This document shows, one piece after another, positions 7,849 to 16,848 of a DNA stretch of 64,000 bases (its first letter is position 1; every line of letters begins with the position of its first letter). Under the pieces are notes generated by a model. It was not told the origin of the DNA and did not search any database. It saw only the letters and a list, made by a program, of their open reading frames with translations. Made by a program: the position numbers and the translations under genes. Origin of the DNA: Gammaproteobacteria bacterium (GTDB taxonomy: Bacteria; Pseudomonadota; Gammaproteobacteria; JAJPIJ01); contig JAJVHZ010000011.1 of assembly GCA_022072255.1 (NCBI GenBank), positions 108,927 to 172,926 of the forward strand. The letters are read 5' to 3'.

Positions 7849-8907
7849 GTGCGATGGAAGTTGCAGGGCAAGGATGCGCTGCAGATGGAACCTGATCTCT
7901 TCAACCTTCTGCAGGAGATCGAGAGCAGCGGCTCATTGCTGGTCGCCGCCCGGACGCTGGGGATCTCCTACCGCTATGCCTGGGAGCTCATCCGCAAGTG
8001 GTCGGCGCGGATCGGGCATCCGCTGGCGGAGCTGCGGCGTGGCCGCGGCACCAAGCTGACGGCGCTGGGCGCAAAACTCCTGTGGGCGCAGCGCAAGGTG
8101 AATGCGCGGCTCGGCCCCATGCTGGAGAGCCTCGCCTCGGAGATCGATGCGGAGATCCGCACCATGATGCGGACCAAGGAGATCCCGCCGTTGCGCGTGC
8201 ACGCGAGCCATGGACTGGCCATCGCCATACTCCGCGACATGCTCAATGCGATGGATCCCGGCGCGATCGATCTGCAGTTCCGCGGCAGCCTCGACAGTCT
8301 GCGCGTCTATCGCAACGGCAAGTGCGACATCGCCGGGTTCCACCTGCCCGAGGGAAGGCTCGGTGCGGAGCTGGGTCCGCGGTTCCGGCGCCTGCTGGAC
8401 CCGGCCGAGGATGTCCTGGTCCATGTCGTGCGCCGCGACCAGGGGATGATGACGGCGCCGGGCAATCCGAAGAAGATTGCAGGCGTGAAGGACCTCCTGC
8501 GCAAGGGCATCACCATGGTGAACCGGCAGCCCGGCTCCGGAACACGGCTCATCGTCGATGCGATATTTGCCGATGCCGGCGTCGACGCTCACAAGGTCCG
8601 CGGCTACGGCAACGAAGAATTCACGCACATGGCGGTAGCGGCGATCGTGGCGAGTGGGGCGGCGGACGCGGGTTTCGGGATCCGTGCGGCGGCCGCGCAG
8701 CTTGGGCTCACCTTCATCTCGCTGGTGCCGGAAAATTATCTCTTCGCCCTGCACCGGGAGCGGCTGCGGGCCGCGGAGATTGCACGGCTGCGCGAGGTTC
8801 TGCGCAGCGACGAGTATCGCCGGCGGATCGCGGCGCTGCCCGGATATGACGCCGCGCTCTCCGGCAACGTCACCGACATGGAGGGCCTGTTCCAGTTCGC
8901 GCCGTGA
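7849..8907 (+). CDS. Transcriptional regulator with a ModE-type N-terminal wHTH fused to a C-terminal PBP-like (COG1910-type) oxyanion-binding domain (TunR-like)
   Basis: N-terminus LFNLLQEIESSGSLLVAARTLGISYRYAWELIRKWSARIGHPLAELRRGRGTKLTALGAKLL matches the ModE N-domain. C-terminus ...VKDLLRKGITMVNRQPGSGTRLIVDAIF...AADAGFGIRAAAAQLGLTFISLVPENYLFA is a PBP-like domain. The start is uncertain, GTG 7849 or ATG 7885. The 7696 track start adds an implausible leader. Confidence 0.7.
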   Translation: MRWKLQGKDALQMEPDLFNLLQEIESSGSLLVAARTLGISYRYAWELIRKWSARIGHPLAELRRGRGTKLTALGAKLLWAQRKVNARLGPMLESLASEIDAEIRTMMRTKEIPPLRVHASHGLAIAILRDMLNAMDPGAIDLQFRGSLDSLRVYRNGKCDIAGFHLPEGRLGAELGPRFRRLLDPAEDVLVHVVRRDQGMMTAPGNPKKIAGVKDLLRKGITMVNRQPGSGTRLIVDAIFADAGVDAHKVRGYGNEEFTHMAVAAIVASGAADAGFGIRAAAAQLGLTFISLVPENYLFALHRERLRAAEIARLREVLRSDEYRRRIAALPGYDAALSGNVTDMEGLFQFAP

Positions 8908-8969
8908 ATGGCGACGCGCACGCGCAATCATGTTCGCGCGTTCGCGGCAGGGAGGGTGCAGCAGGATGG

Positions 8970-9722
8970 CTAATGAACCTTCGGAGGACTGTCCGGCTGG
9001 CCTGCACGCGCGGCGATCAGCCGGTTGGACTGCTCCTCGATCCACGACTCCGCCTCGCGCATGATCTCGCGGGCGTCGCGTCCGGCCGTGGTTATCCGAG
9101 GACCGATCACCAGATCGATGACCCCCGGATGCTTGGCGAAGGTCCGGCGCGGCCAGAACACGCCGGCGTTGTGCGCGATGGGCAGCACCGGGACCCCGGT
9201 CTCGGCGGCGAGCATCGCGCCGCCGACGTTGTAGCGGCCCCTGCTTCCGGGGGCGACGCGCGTGCCCTCGGGAAACAGCGTCACCCACAGGCCGCGCCCG
9301 AGCCGCTCGCGGCCCTGCTCGATGAGCGTGCGCAGGGCCTGGTGGCGCGCGCTGCGGTCGAGGATGATGGGATTGAGGGTCGCCAGACCCCAGCCGAAGA
9401 ACGGGATCAGGACCAGCTCACGCTTGAACACCAACACCTGCGGCGGCAACAGCGGCGGCAGGGCGATCGTTTCCCAGGCGGATTGATGTTTGCAGAGGAT
9501 GATGACGGGGCTGCCATCGGTCGGAACGTGTTCCCAGCCGGTAACGCGGTGCGTCAGGCCGCAGGTGACTCCGAGCCACCACAGCGCGAAGCGGTTCCAG
9601 AGCGTAACGAAGCGATAGCGCCGGCGCAGCGGCAATGGCCACAGCAGCAGGGCAAGCGGGGCGATCACGATCACCGCCAGCCCGATACCGAGATAGTAGA
9701 GCAGCGCGCGCAATACCAGCAT
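8970..9722 (-). CDS. plsC: 1-acyl-sn-glycerol-3-phosphate acyltransferase
   Basis: N-terminal TM helix, acyltransferase HX4D-type block (ILCKHQSAWETIAL) and FPEGTR block. Last gene of the glyQS-gmhB-plsC operon. Confidence 0.8.
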   Translation of the reverse strand: MLVLRALLYYLGIGLAVIVIAPLALLLWPLPLRRRYRFVTLWNRFALWWLGVTCGLTHRVTGWEHVPTDGSPVIILCKHQSAWETIALPPLLPPQVLVFKRELVLIPFFGWGLATLNPIILDRSARHQALRTLIEQGRERLGRGLWVTLFPEGTRVAPGSRGRYNVGGAMLAAETGVPVLPIAHNAGVFWPRRTFAKHPGVIDLVIGPRITTAGRDAREIMREAESWIEEQSNRLIAARAGQPDSPPKVH

Positions 9723-9752
9723 GGCCGGTGGGATCGATGGGCGGGACGTGCC

Positions 9753-10301
9753 CTAGTCGAGCCAGCCGGTGGTGAAGAGCTTCTCCACCACGGCGTTCAG
9801 ATCCGAGTACGCTGGCCCGGTGTAAAGGCCGTCGGCCTCCTTCAAGGCGTTCTGGCCGCGGCCAGTCAACACCAGGTAGGGCTTCGCCCCCACGGCCCGC
9901 GCCGCCTTGATGTCGCTGAGTCGGTCCACCACGATCGGCACGTTTTCCAGCGACGTGCGCAGGCGGCGGCCGATCTCCTCGAACATCCCGGGGCGTGGCT
10001 TGCGGCAGTGGCAGTTGTCCTCGGGCAGATGCGGACAGAAGAAGATGGCCTCGATGGTGCCGCCCGCGGCTGCGACCTCACGCAGCATCTTCTGGTGGAT
10101 CTGATTGAGCGTGTCCATGGTGTAAAGGCCGCGCCCGATGCCGGACTGATTGCTGGCGACGACGACACGACAGCCGGCGCGCGAGGCGCGCGCGATGGCC
10201 TCCAGGCTCCCGGGGATCGCGTGCCATTCCTCCGGTGACTTGATGTAGTCATCGGAGTCCTGGTTGATCACGCCATCGCGGTCGAGGATGAGCAGCCGCA
10301 T
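9753..10301 (-). CDS. gmhB: D-glycero-beta-D-manno-heptose-1,7-bisphosphate 7-phosphatase
   Basis: HAD motif LILDRDGVIN and the CxHxxxxxCxCRKP zinc motif (CPHLPEDNCHCRKPRPGM) typical of GmhB. 182 aa. Confidence 0.85.
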   Translation of the reverse strand: MRLLILDRDGVINQDSDDYIKSPEEWHAIPGSLEAIARASRAGCRVVVASNQSGIGRGLYTMDTLNQIHQKMLREVAAAGGTIEAIFFCPHLPEDNCHCRKPRPGMFEEIGRRLRTSLENVPIVVDRLSDIKAARAVGAKPYLVLTGRGQNALKEADGLYTGPAYSDLNAVVEKLFTTGWLD

Positions 10302-10414
10302 CGTCGAAGTTCCTGCCTCAGGTCAATGCCGTCGCCCGCGCCACGGGCCAAGACGGACGGTACGCCCGCACCGCGAGAGACGGGGGGTTGCCGTGTGAGC
10401 GGCGAGCATCGGTC

Positions 10415-12493
10415 TCAGCCCTGCAGCCTCGAGATGTCGGCCACCTTCAGAAACAGTGTACGCAACTCCTGCAGCATTGCCAGCCGGTTGCCGCGCAGCT
10501 CGCCGTCGTCGCACATGACCATCACATGGTCGAAGAATGCGTCCACCGGCTCCTTCAATCCGGCCATCACCGACATGGCCTCGGCGTAGTCGCGCTCGGA
10601 CAGCAGCGGCGTGACGATCCCCGCGGTGCGCCGCAGTTCCTGGTCCAGCGCCTGCTCGGCAGGCTCCACCAGCAGGCTGGGCGTGACGCGCCCGGGGATT
10701 GCCTCCTCGGTCTTTTTCAGGATGTTGGCGATGCGCTTGTTGGCGGCCGCGAGGCTGTCCGCGGCCGGAAGGTGGCTGAAGGCGCTTACCGCGCGCAGTC
10801 GTGCGCCGAAGTCCAGCGGCCGTGTCGGCCGTGTCGCCAGCACGGCCTCGTAGACATCGGGCCGGGTTCCGTTTTCGAGGCAATAACCGCGCAGACGCTC
10901 GAGCACGAAGGCCAGCACGTCGGCGACCAACTGCTCGTGATGGCCGAATTTGCCGGCGTACTGGCGGGCCGCCAGCCGCAACAGGTCTTCCAGATCGAGG
11001 TCCAGGCGCTGCTCGATGAGGATGCGTAGCACCCCCAGCGCGGCGCGCCGCAGCGCATATGGATCCTTCTCGCCCGTGGGCGGCTGGCCGATCCCGAATA
11101 TGCCGACCAGCGTGTCGATCTTGTCCGCAATCGCCAGCGCAGCACCGGTGCTGGTCGAGGGCAGGTCGCCGCCGGCCTGGCGCGGGCGGTACATCTCCTC
11201 GAGCGCGTGCGCCACCTCACCGGGCTCGCCGTCATGGGTCGCGTAGTAACGGCCCATCAATCCCTGCAACTCCGGGAACTCGCCGACCATGTGGGTGAGC
11301 AGATCGCAGCGCGACAGCGTCGCGGCGCGATGCGCCCACTCGAGATTTCCACCGATCAGGGTGGCGATCTCGGTCGCGAGGGTTGCGACACGATGGGTCT
11401 TCTCGTGCAGCGTACCCAGGTCCTTCTGGAATATCACGGAGGCGAGGGCGTCCACTCGCGCGGCCAGCGGTTGGGCACGGTCCTGGTTCCAGAAGAACTC
11501 CGCGTCGGCGAGGCGTGGCCGGATGACGCGCTCGTTGCCCTGCTGCACGGCGAGCGGCTGGCGGCTCTCGACGTTGGCGACGGTGACGAATCGGGGCAGC
11601 AGCTTTCCCGCACGCTCCCACAGCGGGAAATAGCGCTGGTGCTCCTGCATCGTTGCGATCAGCACCTCGGCGGGCAGAGCGAGAAAGCGCGCTTCGAAGC
11701 CTCCGGTCATCGCGACCGGCCACTCGCACAGTGCCGTGACCTCTTCGAGGAGCTCGGCGTCCATGTGCACCTGGGCGTGCTCATGCGCCGCCGCCGCGGT
11801 CACCTGTTCGCGGATGCGGGCCTGACGTGCGTCGAAATCGGCGATCACGTAGCCGCGCCTCAGCAGGGCCTGCTCGTAATCCCGCGGGTGGCTCAACTCG
11901 ATCGGCGCGGGGTGATGAAAACGGTGACCCCGCGTGTAGCGGTTGCTGCGCACGCCGAGCACCTCGGCGTCGATGACCTCGTTGCCGAACAGCAGCACCA
12001 CCCAGTGCACGGGACGCACGAACTCCGTCTTGCCGCTGCCCCAGCGCATGCGCCTCGGTATGGGCAGTTTTTCCAGCGCGGCGTGCAGGGTGCCCGGGAT
12101 CAGCTCGCTCACCGCCCTGCCGCGCTCCTGCACCTGGCAGCCCACCCACTCGCCCTTGTCCGTCTTGATCCGCTCCAGCCGGTCGACGCTCACACCGCAG
12201 GATTGCGCGAATCCGATGGCCGCCGGCGTCGGACTGCCGTTCTTGGCGTAGGCGGCACTGGCAGCCGGTCCACGGCGCTGCACGACGCGGTCCGGCTGCG
12301 CGCGATCCAGTCGCCGCAGGAGCACGGCGAGCCGGCGCGGGGTGGCGTAGGTCCTCGCCTCCTCATGCGCCAGCCCCGCCGCGGCCAGCCCGGCGGTAAC
12401 CCCGGAGGCGAGCGCGTGCGCCAGCGTCAGCAGCGCCCGCGGCGGCAGCTCCTCCGTACCCAGTTCAATGAGCAGATCGTCTTTTTCGGCCAT
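10415..12493 (-). CDS. glyS: Glycine--tRNA ligase beta subunit
   Basis: 692 aa, MAEKDDLLIELGTEELPP... is the canonical GlyS N-terminus. It follows glyQ with a 50-bp gap. Confidence 0.9.
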   Translation of the reverse strand: MAEKDDLLIELGTEELPPRALLTLAHALASGVTAGLAAAGLAHEEARTYATPRRLAVLLRRLDRAQPDRVVQRRGPAASAAYAKNGSPTPAAIGFAQSCGVSVDRLERIKTDKGEWVGCQVQERGRAVSELIPGTLHAALEKLPIPRRMRWGSGKTEFVRPVHWVVLLFGNEVIDAEVLGVRSNRYTRGHRFHHPAPIELSHPRDYEQALLRRGYVIADFDARQARIREQVTAAAAHEHAQVHMDAELLEEVTALCEWPVAMTGGFEARFLALPAEVLIATMQEHQRYFPLWERAGKLLPRFVTVANVESRQPLAVQQGNERVIRPRLADAEFFWNQDRAQPLAARVDALASVIFQKDLGTLHEKTHRVATLATEIATLIGGNLEWAHRAATLSRCDLLTHMVGEFPELQGLMGRYYATHDGEPGEVAHALEEMYRPRQAGGDLPSTSTGAALAIADKIDTLVGIFGIGQPPTGEKDPYALRRAALGVLRILIEQRLDLDLEDLLRLAARQYAGKFGHHEQLVADVLAFVLERLRGYCLENGTRPDVYEAVLATRPTRPLDFGARLRAVSAFSHLPAADSLAAANKRIANILKKTEEAIPGRVTPSLLVEPAEQALDQELRRTAGIVTPLLSERDYAEAMSVMAGLKEPVDAFFDHVMVMCDDGELRGNRLAMLQELRTLFLKVADISRLQG

Positions 12494-12542
12494 GTACGCG
12501 TCGGGAGGCGTTGTCCATCGGGGAGGCGGATCGCCTTCGCGA

Positions 12543-13487
12543 TCACGCCCCGGTGCCCGGGCGGGAGGAGTCCTTCAGCAGTGGGAATCCCATCGCCTCG
12601 CGGCGCGCCAGATAGGCTTCCGCGCAGCCGCGCGCGAGGGTGCGCACGCGCAGGATGTAGCGTTGCCGTTCCGTGACCGAGATCGCGCGCCGGGCGTCGA
12701 GCAGGTTGAAGGTGTGCGAGGCCTTGAGCACCTGTTCGTAGGCGGGCAGCGGAAGCTGCTTGTCGATGAGCCGCTGCGACTCCCGCTCGCAGACATTGAA
12801 CCACTCGAACAGCGAGGCGGTGTCGGCGTGCTCGAAGTTGTAGGCGGACTGCTCGACCTCGTTCTGGTGGTAGACGTCGCCGTAGGTGATCGCGCCCTGC
12901 GGACCGCGCACCCAGACCAGGTCGAAAACGCTGTCCACGCCCTGCAGATACATGGCGATGCGCTCCAGTCCATAGGTCAGTTCCCCGGCCACCGGGTCGC
13001 AGTTCAGGCCGCCGACCTGCTGAAAATAGGTGAACTGGCTGATCTCCATGCCGTTGAGCCAGACCTCCCATCCCAGGCCCCAGGCGCCGAGCGTCGGCGA
13101 CTCCCAGTTGTCCTCCACGAAGCGGATGTCGTGCACCAGCGGATCGATGCCGATGACGCGCAGCGACTGCAGGTAGAGTTCCTGCAGATTCGCGGGAGAG
13201 GGTTTGAGGTTCACCTGGAACTGAAAGTAGCGCTGCAGCCGATTGGGATTGGCACCGTAGCGGCCATCGGTCGGGCGTCGCGAGGGCTGCACGTAGGCTG
13301 CCCGCCAGGGTTCTGGACCGACGGCGCGCAGGAAGGTCGAGGGATGGAAGGTGCCCGCCCCGACCTCCATGTCGTACGGCTGCTCGATGGCACACCCGTG
13401 TCCCGCCCAGTAGGTCTGCAGGACCTGTATCAGCCCCTGGAAACTGTCGTGCGCGGCCTGTGCAGATGCGTCGAAGTTGGTGGTCAC
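12543..13487 (-). CDS. glyQ: Glycine--tRNA ligase alpha subunit
   Basis: [34 protein letters not shown] is a highly conserved GlyQ motif. 314 aa. Confidence 0.9.
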   Translation of the reverse strand: MTTNFDASAQAAHDSFQGLIQVLQTYWAGHGCAIEQPYDMEVGAGTFHPSTFLRAVGPEPWRAAYVQPSRRPTDGRYGANPNRLQRYFQFQVNLKPSPANLQELYLQSLRVIGIDPLVHDIRFVEDNWESPTLGAWGLGWEVWLNGMEISQFTYFQQVGGLNCDPVAGELTYGLERIAMYLQGVDSVFDLVWVRGPQGAITYGDVYHQNEVEQSAYNFEHADTASLFEWFNVCERESQRLIDKQLPLPAYEQVLKASHTFNLLDARRAISVTERQRYILRVRTLARGCAEAYLARREAMGFPLLKDSSRPGTGA

Positions 13488-13697
13488 TATCTCAATTAGC
13501 CTTGTTTTTCGCGCGAATAATCAGGCTGGGCGGCGGCGGCGACGGCATATGCTGTGCGCTGCGGAAGGCAAAGTATACCCCGTGGCAGCAGGCCGCGGCA
13601 CGGCGGCGGCGCGCGCAGGCGCGGCGCATGCGCGCCGTTGTTCAAGAAAGGTCGCCAGCCGTCGATAAGGAACGGGTAACCACAGGAGTTTCGAACC

Positions 13698-14252
13698 ATG
13701 AGCTCGCTCGCCCTCCATACTCGTGACACCGCCCATTGGCGGGCCCTGGTCACCGCCGCGGAGGCATCGGTGCAGTCGTGCCTGGATGACGACCTGGAAA
13801 GCTACCTCGTCATGCTCCTGCTACGCTTCGCCCGGCGCGGACAGAGGGCGGGCGAACCGCCGGCGCTGTGCACGGACGGCGCCTCGGAGGCGCTGACTAC
13901 CGAGGGGCTCATCGATGCCGGCGACCGCTGCCTGGTGATCGCCGGTCTGATGCCCGACCAGGCGCTCGCGCAGGGGCTGCCCGTTCGACACTTCGTCGAC
14001 ACCGGCCGTTACGCCTTCGAGCAGGCCGCGCGTCGTACTGCAAATCCGATCTTCCGGCGGCTGGCCGACCGGTTCGTCGAGCTCATGGATGTGCTGCAGG
14101 TCATGCGCACGCTCGATGAGGACGAGATCATGGTCGATCTCTTCCGGGTGTACGACCAGTGGCAGGATACGGGCAGCCGATACGCATATCGACTGCTGCT
14201 GGCCGCCACCGACGCCCTGCCGGCATCGAGCATCAGCCGGCACCGGCACTGA
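13698..14252 (+). CDS. Hypothetical protein (184 aa, acidic, no recognisable motif)
   Basis: ORF with a good ribosome-binding site (aggagtttcgaaccATG) and non-degenerate composition. It sits between glyQ and the hybrid histidine kinase. Confidence 0.5.
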   Translation: MSSLALHTRDTAHWRALVTAAEASVQSCLDDDLESYLVMLLLRFARRGQRAGEPPALCTDGASEALTTEGLIDAGDRCLVIAGLMPDQALAQGLPVRHFVDTGRYAFEQAARRTANPIFRRLADRFVELMDVLQVMRTLDEDEIMVDLFRVYDQWQDTGSRYAYRLLLAATDALPASSISRHRH

Positions 14253-14411
14253 CTCCGGACCGTGCCGCGGCAGCGCACCGGCGTGGTTCAGCCTTCGATG
14301 GATACGCCCAGCCTCACAACGACTCGGGCGCAGGCCAGGGCGCCTGCGGTACCCGTTCCCGCTCCCGGCGCCGAACGTCCCGGAACGGGCTGACCGAGGC
14401 AGGATGCTCCG

Positions 14412-16790
14412 ATGAGTAGCGAACAAGGCAGAAGCTCCGAGGTGACGGTCGGTCCGGCCGGCCCCGGCTGGCGGCTGGCACTCGCGGCCGCGGCGGTGGT
14501 GGCCCTCGTCTCGGCGGTCCTCTGGAGCCAGCAATTGCAGCTCAGCATGCCGCTCGTGCTGCTGGTCGTGGGGCTGGCAGTCTGCACCCTGCACCTGCTC
14601 GCACAAGCCGCGCGGCGCGAGCGCGAGGTCGGCGGGCTGAGCCGGTCGCTGGAGGCTGCGCAGCGTCGGCTCAAGGCGGCGCGACACGATCTGGACGTGC
14701 TGGTGCGCTCGCATCAGCGCACCGAACAGGAGCTCGGCGGCGCCAAACGCGCCGCGGAGCGTGCGCTGCAGGCGAAATCCGAGTTCCTGGCCAACATGAG
14801 TCATGAGATCCGCACGCCCATGAATGGCGTGATGGGCATGACGGAGCTGCTGCTGGCCACCGAACTGAACCGCAAGCAGCGCCACCTCGCCGAGACGATC
14901 AATGGCTGCGGCGAGCAGTTGCTGGCGCTGATCAACGACGTGCTGGACCTTTCGAAGATCGAGGCCGGCAGACTCGAGCTGAACGAGTCGGTGTTCGATC
15001 TTCGGCGACTCATCGAGGACGTCAACGACCTGTTCGCCGAGCAGGCGCACCGCAAGGGCCTGGCCCTGACGACGGTGTGCCCGCCCGACCTGTGCACGAC
15101 CCTGCGGGGAGACGCCTTCCGGCTGCGGCAGGTGCTGGTGAACCTGGTCGGTAACGCGGTGAAATTCACGACCACCGGCGAGGTGGTCACACGTGTCGTG
15201 CCGCTGCGTGATGAGCCGGATACAGTGAGCCTGCGGCTGGAGGTCAGCGACACCGGCGTCGGGATCAGCCCGGAGGCGATACCGAGGTTGTTCACGGCCT
15301 TTTCGCAGGCGGACTCCTCGACCACGCGTCAGTTCGGCGGCACCGGACTCGGGCTTGCGATCTGCGCCCAGCTGGTCAGGCTCATGGGCGGCCAGATCGG
15401 CGTGACGAGCACGCCGGGGAAGGGCTCCACCTTCGCGGCGACGCTCGGCCTGCCCAAGGACCTGAACCAGAAGGTCCGCTGCACCGAGGACGTCCAGGCC
15501 CTGCGCGGCGCGCGCCTGCTGATCCTCGACGACAATGCCGGCTCGCGCGAGGCCATGCGCATGCAGTTCGAGGCCTGGGGCATGAAGGGGCTCGCCGTCA
15601 CGAAGGGCGACCACGTGCTGCGAGCCCTGCAGCAGGCGAACGCCGCCGGCCAGCCGTTCGACGCGGCGCTCCTGGATCAATCCGCGCCCGGCATGTTGGC
15701 CGTCGACCTGGTGCGCGTCATCAAGGCGACGCCCGCGATCGCCGACATCCGTATCATCATGCTGACCGCCGTGGCGAATCTGGAGGACACCCGGCAGTGG
15801 CTGACGGCCGGCGTCGATGCCTACATCGAGAGACCGGTTCGCCAGCTCGATCTGCAGAAATGCCTGCTGCGCGTGTTGGGGCGCGGCGGGCGCGTCGTGA
15901 CGGCGCCGGCGGGCACCCGCCCGGCCGCCGCGGAGGCGCACTATGCCGCGCACGTACTGGTCGCCGAGGACAACGCGGTCAACCAGGAGGTCATCGTTGC
16001 TCTCCTCGAGGGATACGGTTGCCGCGTCCGCGTGGTGGGGGACGGCAGGGAGGCGGTCGATGCCGTCACCGGCCGGCCCGTGGAACCGGCGCGCGAGCCT
16101 TACGATCTGGTGCTGATGGATTGCCAGATGCCGATACTCGACGGCTATGCCGCGACCCGTCGCATACGCGAATGGGCGCGCACCGAGGGCCGCGGGAAAT
16201 GCCCGCCGATCATCGCGCTTACCGCCAACTCGCTGCAGGGGGATCGCGAACGCTGCCTGCAGGCCGGCATGGACGACTATCTCGCCAAGCCCGTGCGACG
16301 CACGGAGTTGTCGGAGGTCCTCAGGCGCTGGCTGCCGATGAGGTCGCGCGTGCCGGTACGCGATGCCGGGCCCGCCGCCGCGCCGGACGCAAGGGAGACC
16401 GGAGTCGCCGGGCATGCGATCCCCGCGGACGTGGGCATTCTGGACATGGAGGCCATCGGTCGCATTCGCGCGCTGCAGCGCCCGGGGGTGCCGGACGTGC
16501 TGTCGAAGATCGTGCACCTTTTCATCGATCACTCCCCGGGGATCCTCGCGGCGATCCGGCGCGCGGCCGCGAGCTGCGATGCCGCGGCCTTGCGAAACGG
16601 TGCACATTCGATGAAATCGAGCAGTGCCAATATCGGCGCGGCGCGGGTGACGGCGATCTGCCGGCGTCTGGAGGCGATGGGCCGCGACGGGAATCTGGAC
16701 GGCGCCCAGGCCGAGCTGGACGTGCTTGAGTTCGAGTTCAAGGCCGCCTGTGATGCGCTGCTGCGGCAGGTAGCCCGCCAGGCCGCCTGA
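14412..16790 (+). CDS. Hybrid (unorthodox) sensor histidine kinase: 2TM-coiled coil-HisKA-HATPase-REC(degenerate)-REC-Hpt
   Basis: H-box [21 protein letters not shown] boxes ([20 protein letters not shown]). First REC has DD and the phospho-acceptor Asp but lacks the conserved Lys (YIERP). Second REC is canonical ([24 protein letters not shown]). Hpt [12 protein letters not shown]. Confidence 0.85.
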   Translation: MSSEQGRSSEVTVGPAGPGWRLALAAAAVVALVSAVLWSQQLQLSMPLVLLVVGLAVCTLHLLAQAARREREVGGLSRSLEAAQRRLKAARHDLDVLVRSHQRTEQELGGAKRAAERALQAKSEFLANMSHEIRTPMNGVMGMTELLLATELNRKQRHLAETINGCGEQLLALINDVLDLSKIEAGRLELNESVFDLRRLIEDVNDLFAEQAHRKGLALTTVCPPDLCTTLRGDAFRLRQVLVNLVGNAVKFTTTGEVVTRVVPLRDEPDTVSLRLEVSDTGVGISPEAIPRLFTAFSQADSSTTRQFGGTGLGLAICAQLVRLMGGQIGVTSTPGKGSTFAATLGLPKDLNQKVRCTEDVQALRGARLLILDDNAGSREAMRMQFEAWGMKGLAVTKGDHVLRALQQANAAGQPFDAALLDQSAPGMLAVDLVRVIKATPAIADIRIIMLTAVANLEDTRQWLTAGVDAYIERPVRQLDLQKCLLRVLGRGGRVVTAPAGTRPAAAEAHYAAHVLVAEDNAVNQEVIVALLEGYGCRVRVVGDGREAVDAVTGRPVEPAREPYDLVLMDCQMPILDGYAATRRIREWARTEGRGKCPPIIALTANSLQGDRERCLQAGMDDYLAKPVRRTELSEVLRRWLPMRSRVPVRDAGPAAAPDARETGVAGHAIPADVGILDMEAIGRIRALQRPGVPDVLSKIVHLFIDHSPGILAAIRRAAASCDAAALRNGAHSMKSSSANIGAARVTAICRRLEAMGRDGNLDGAQAELDVLEFEFKAACDALLRQVARQAA

Positions 16791-16848
16791 GGCCAGGCCA
16801 TTCCCGCCAACGACCCGTCCGCGGAGCGCGAGGAACATCACTTTCGAC

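Noticed and set aside
7933-9288. 451-aa minus-strand ORF spanning the ModE-like regulator and plsC
   Set aside because: The Arg/Gly/Pro-rich composition (RRRRDARRRDRGPG...) is typical of off-frame translation of high-GC coding DNA, and it overlaps two well-supported genes.
8904-10238. 444-aa + strand ORF opposite plsC and gmhB
   Set aside because: Antisense shadow of two conserved genes, with a low-complexity Arg/Gly/Ala-rich product.
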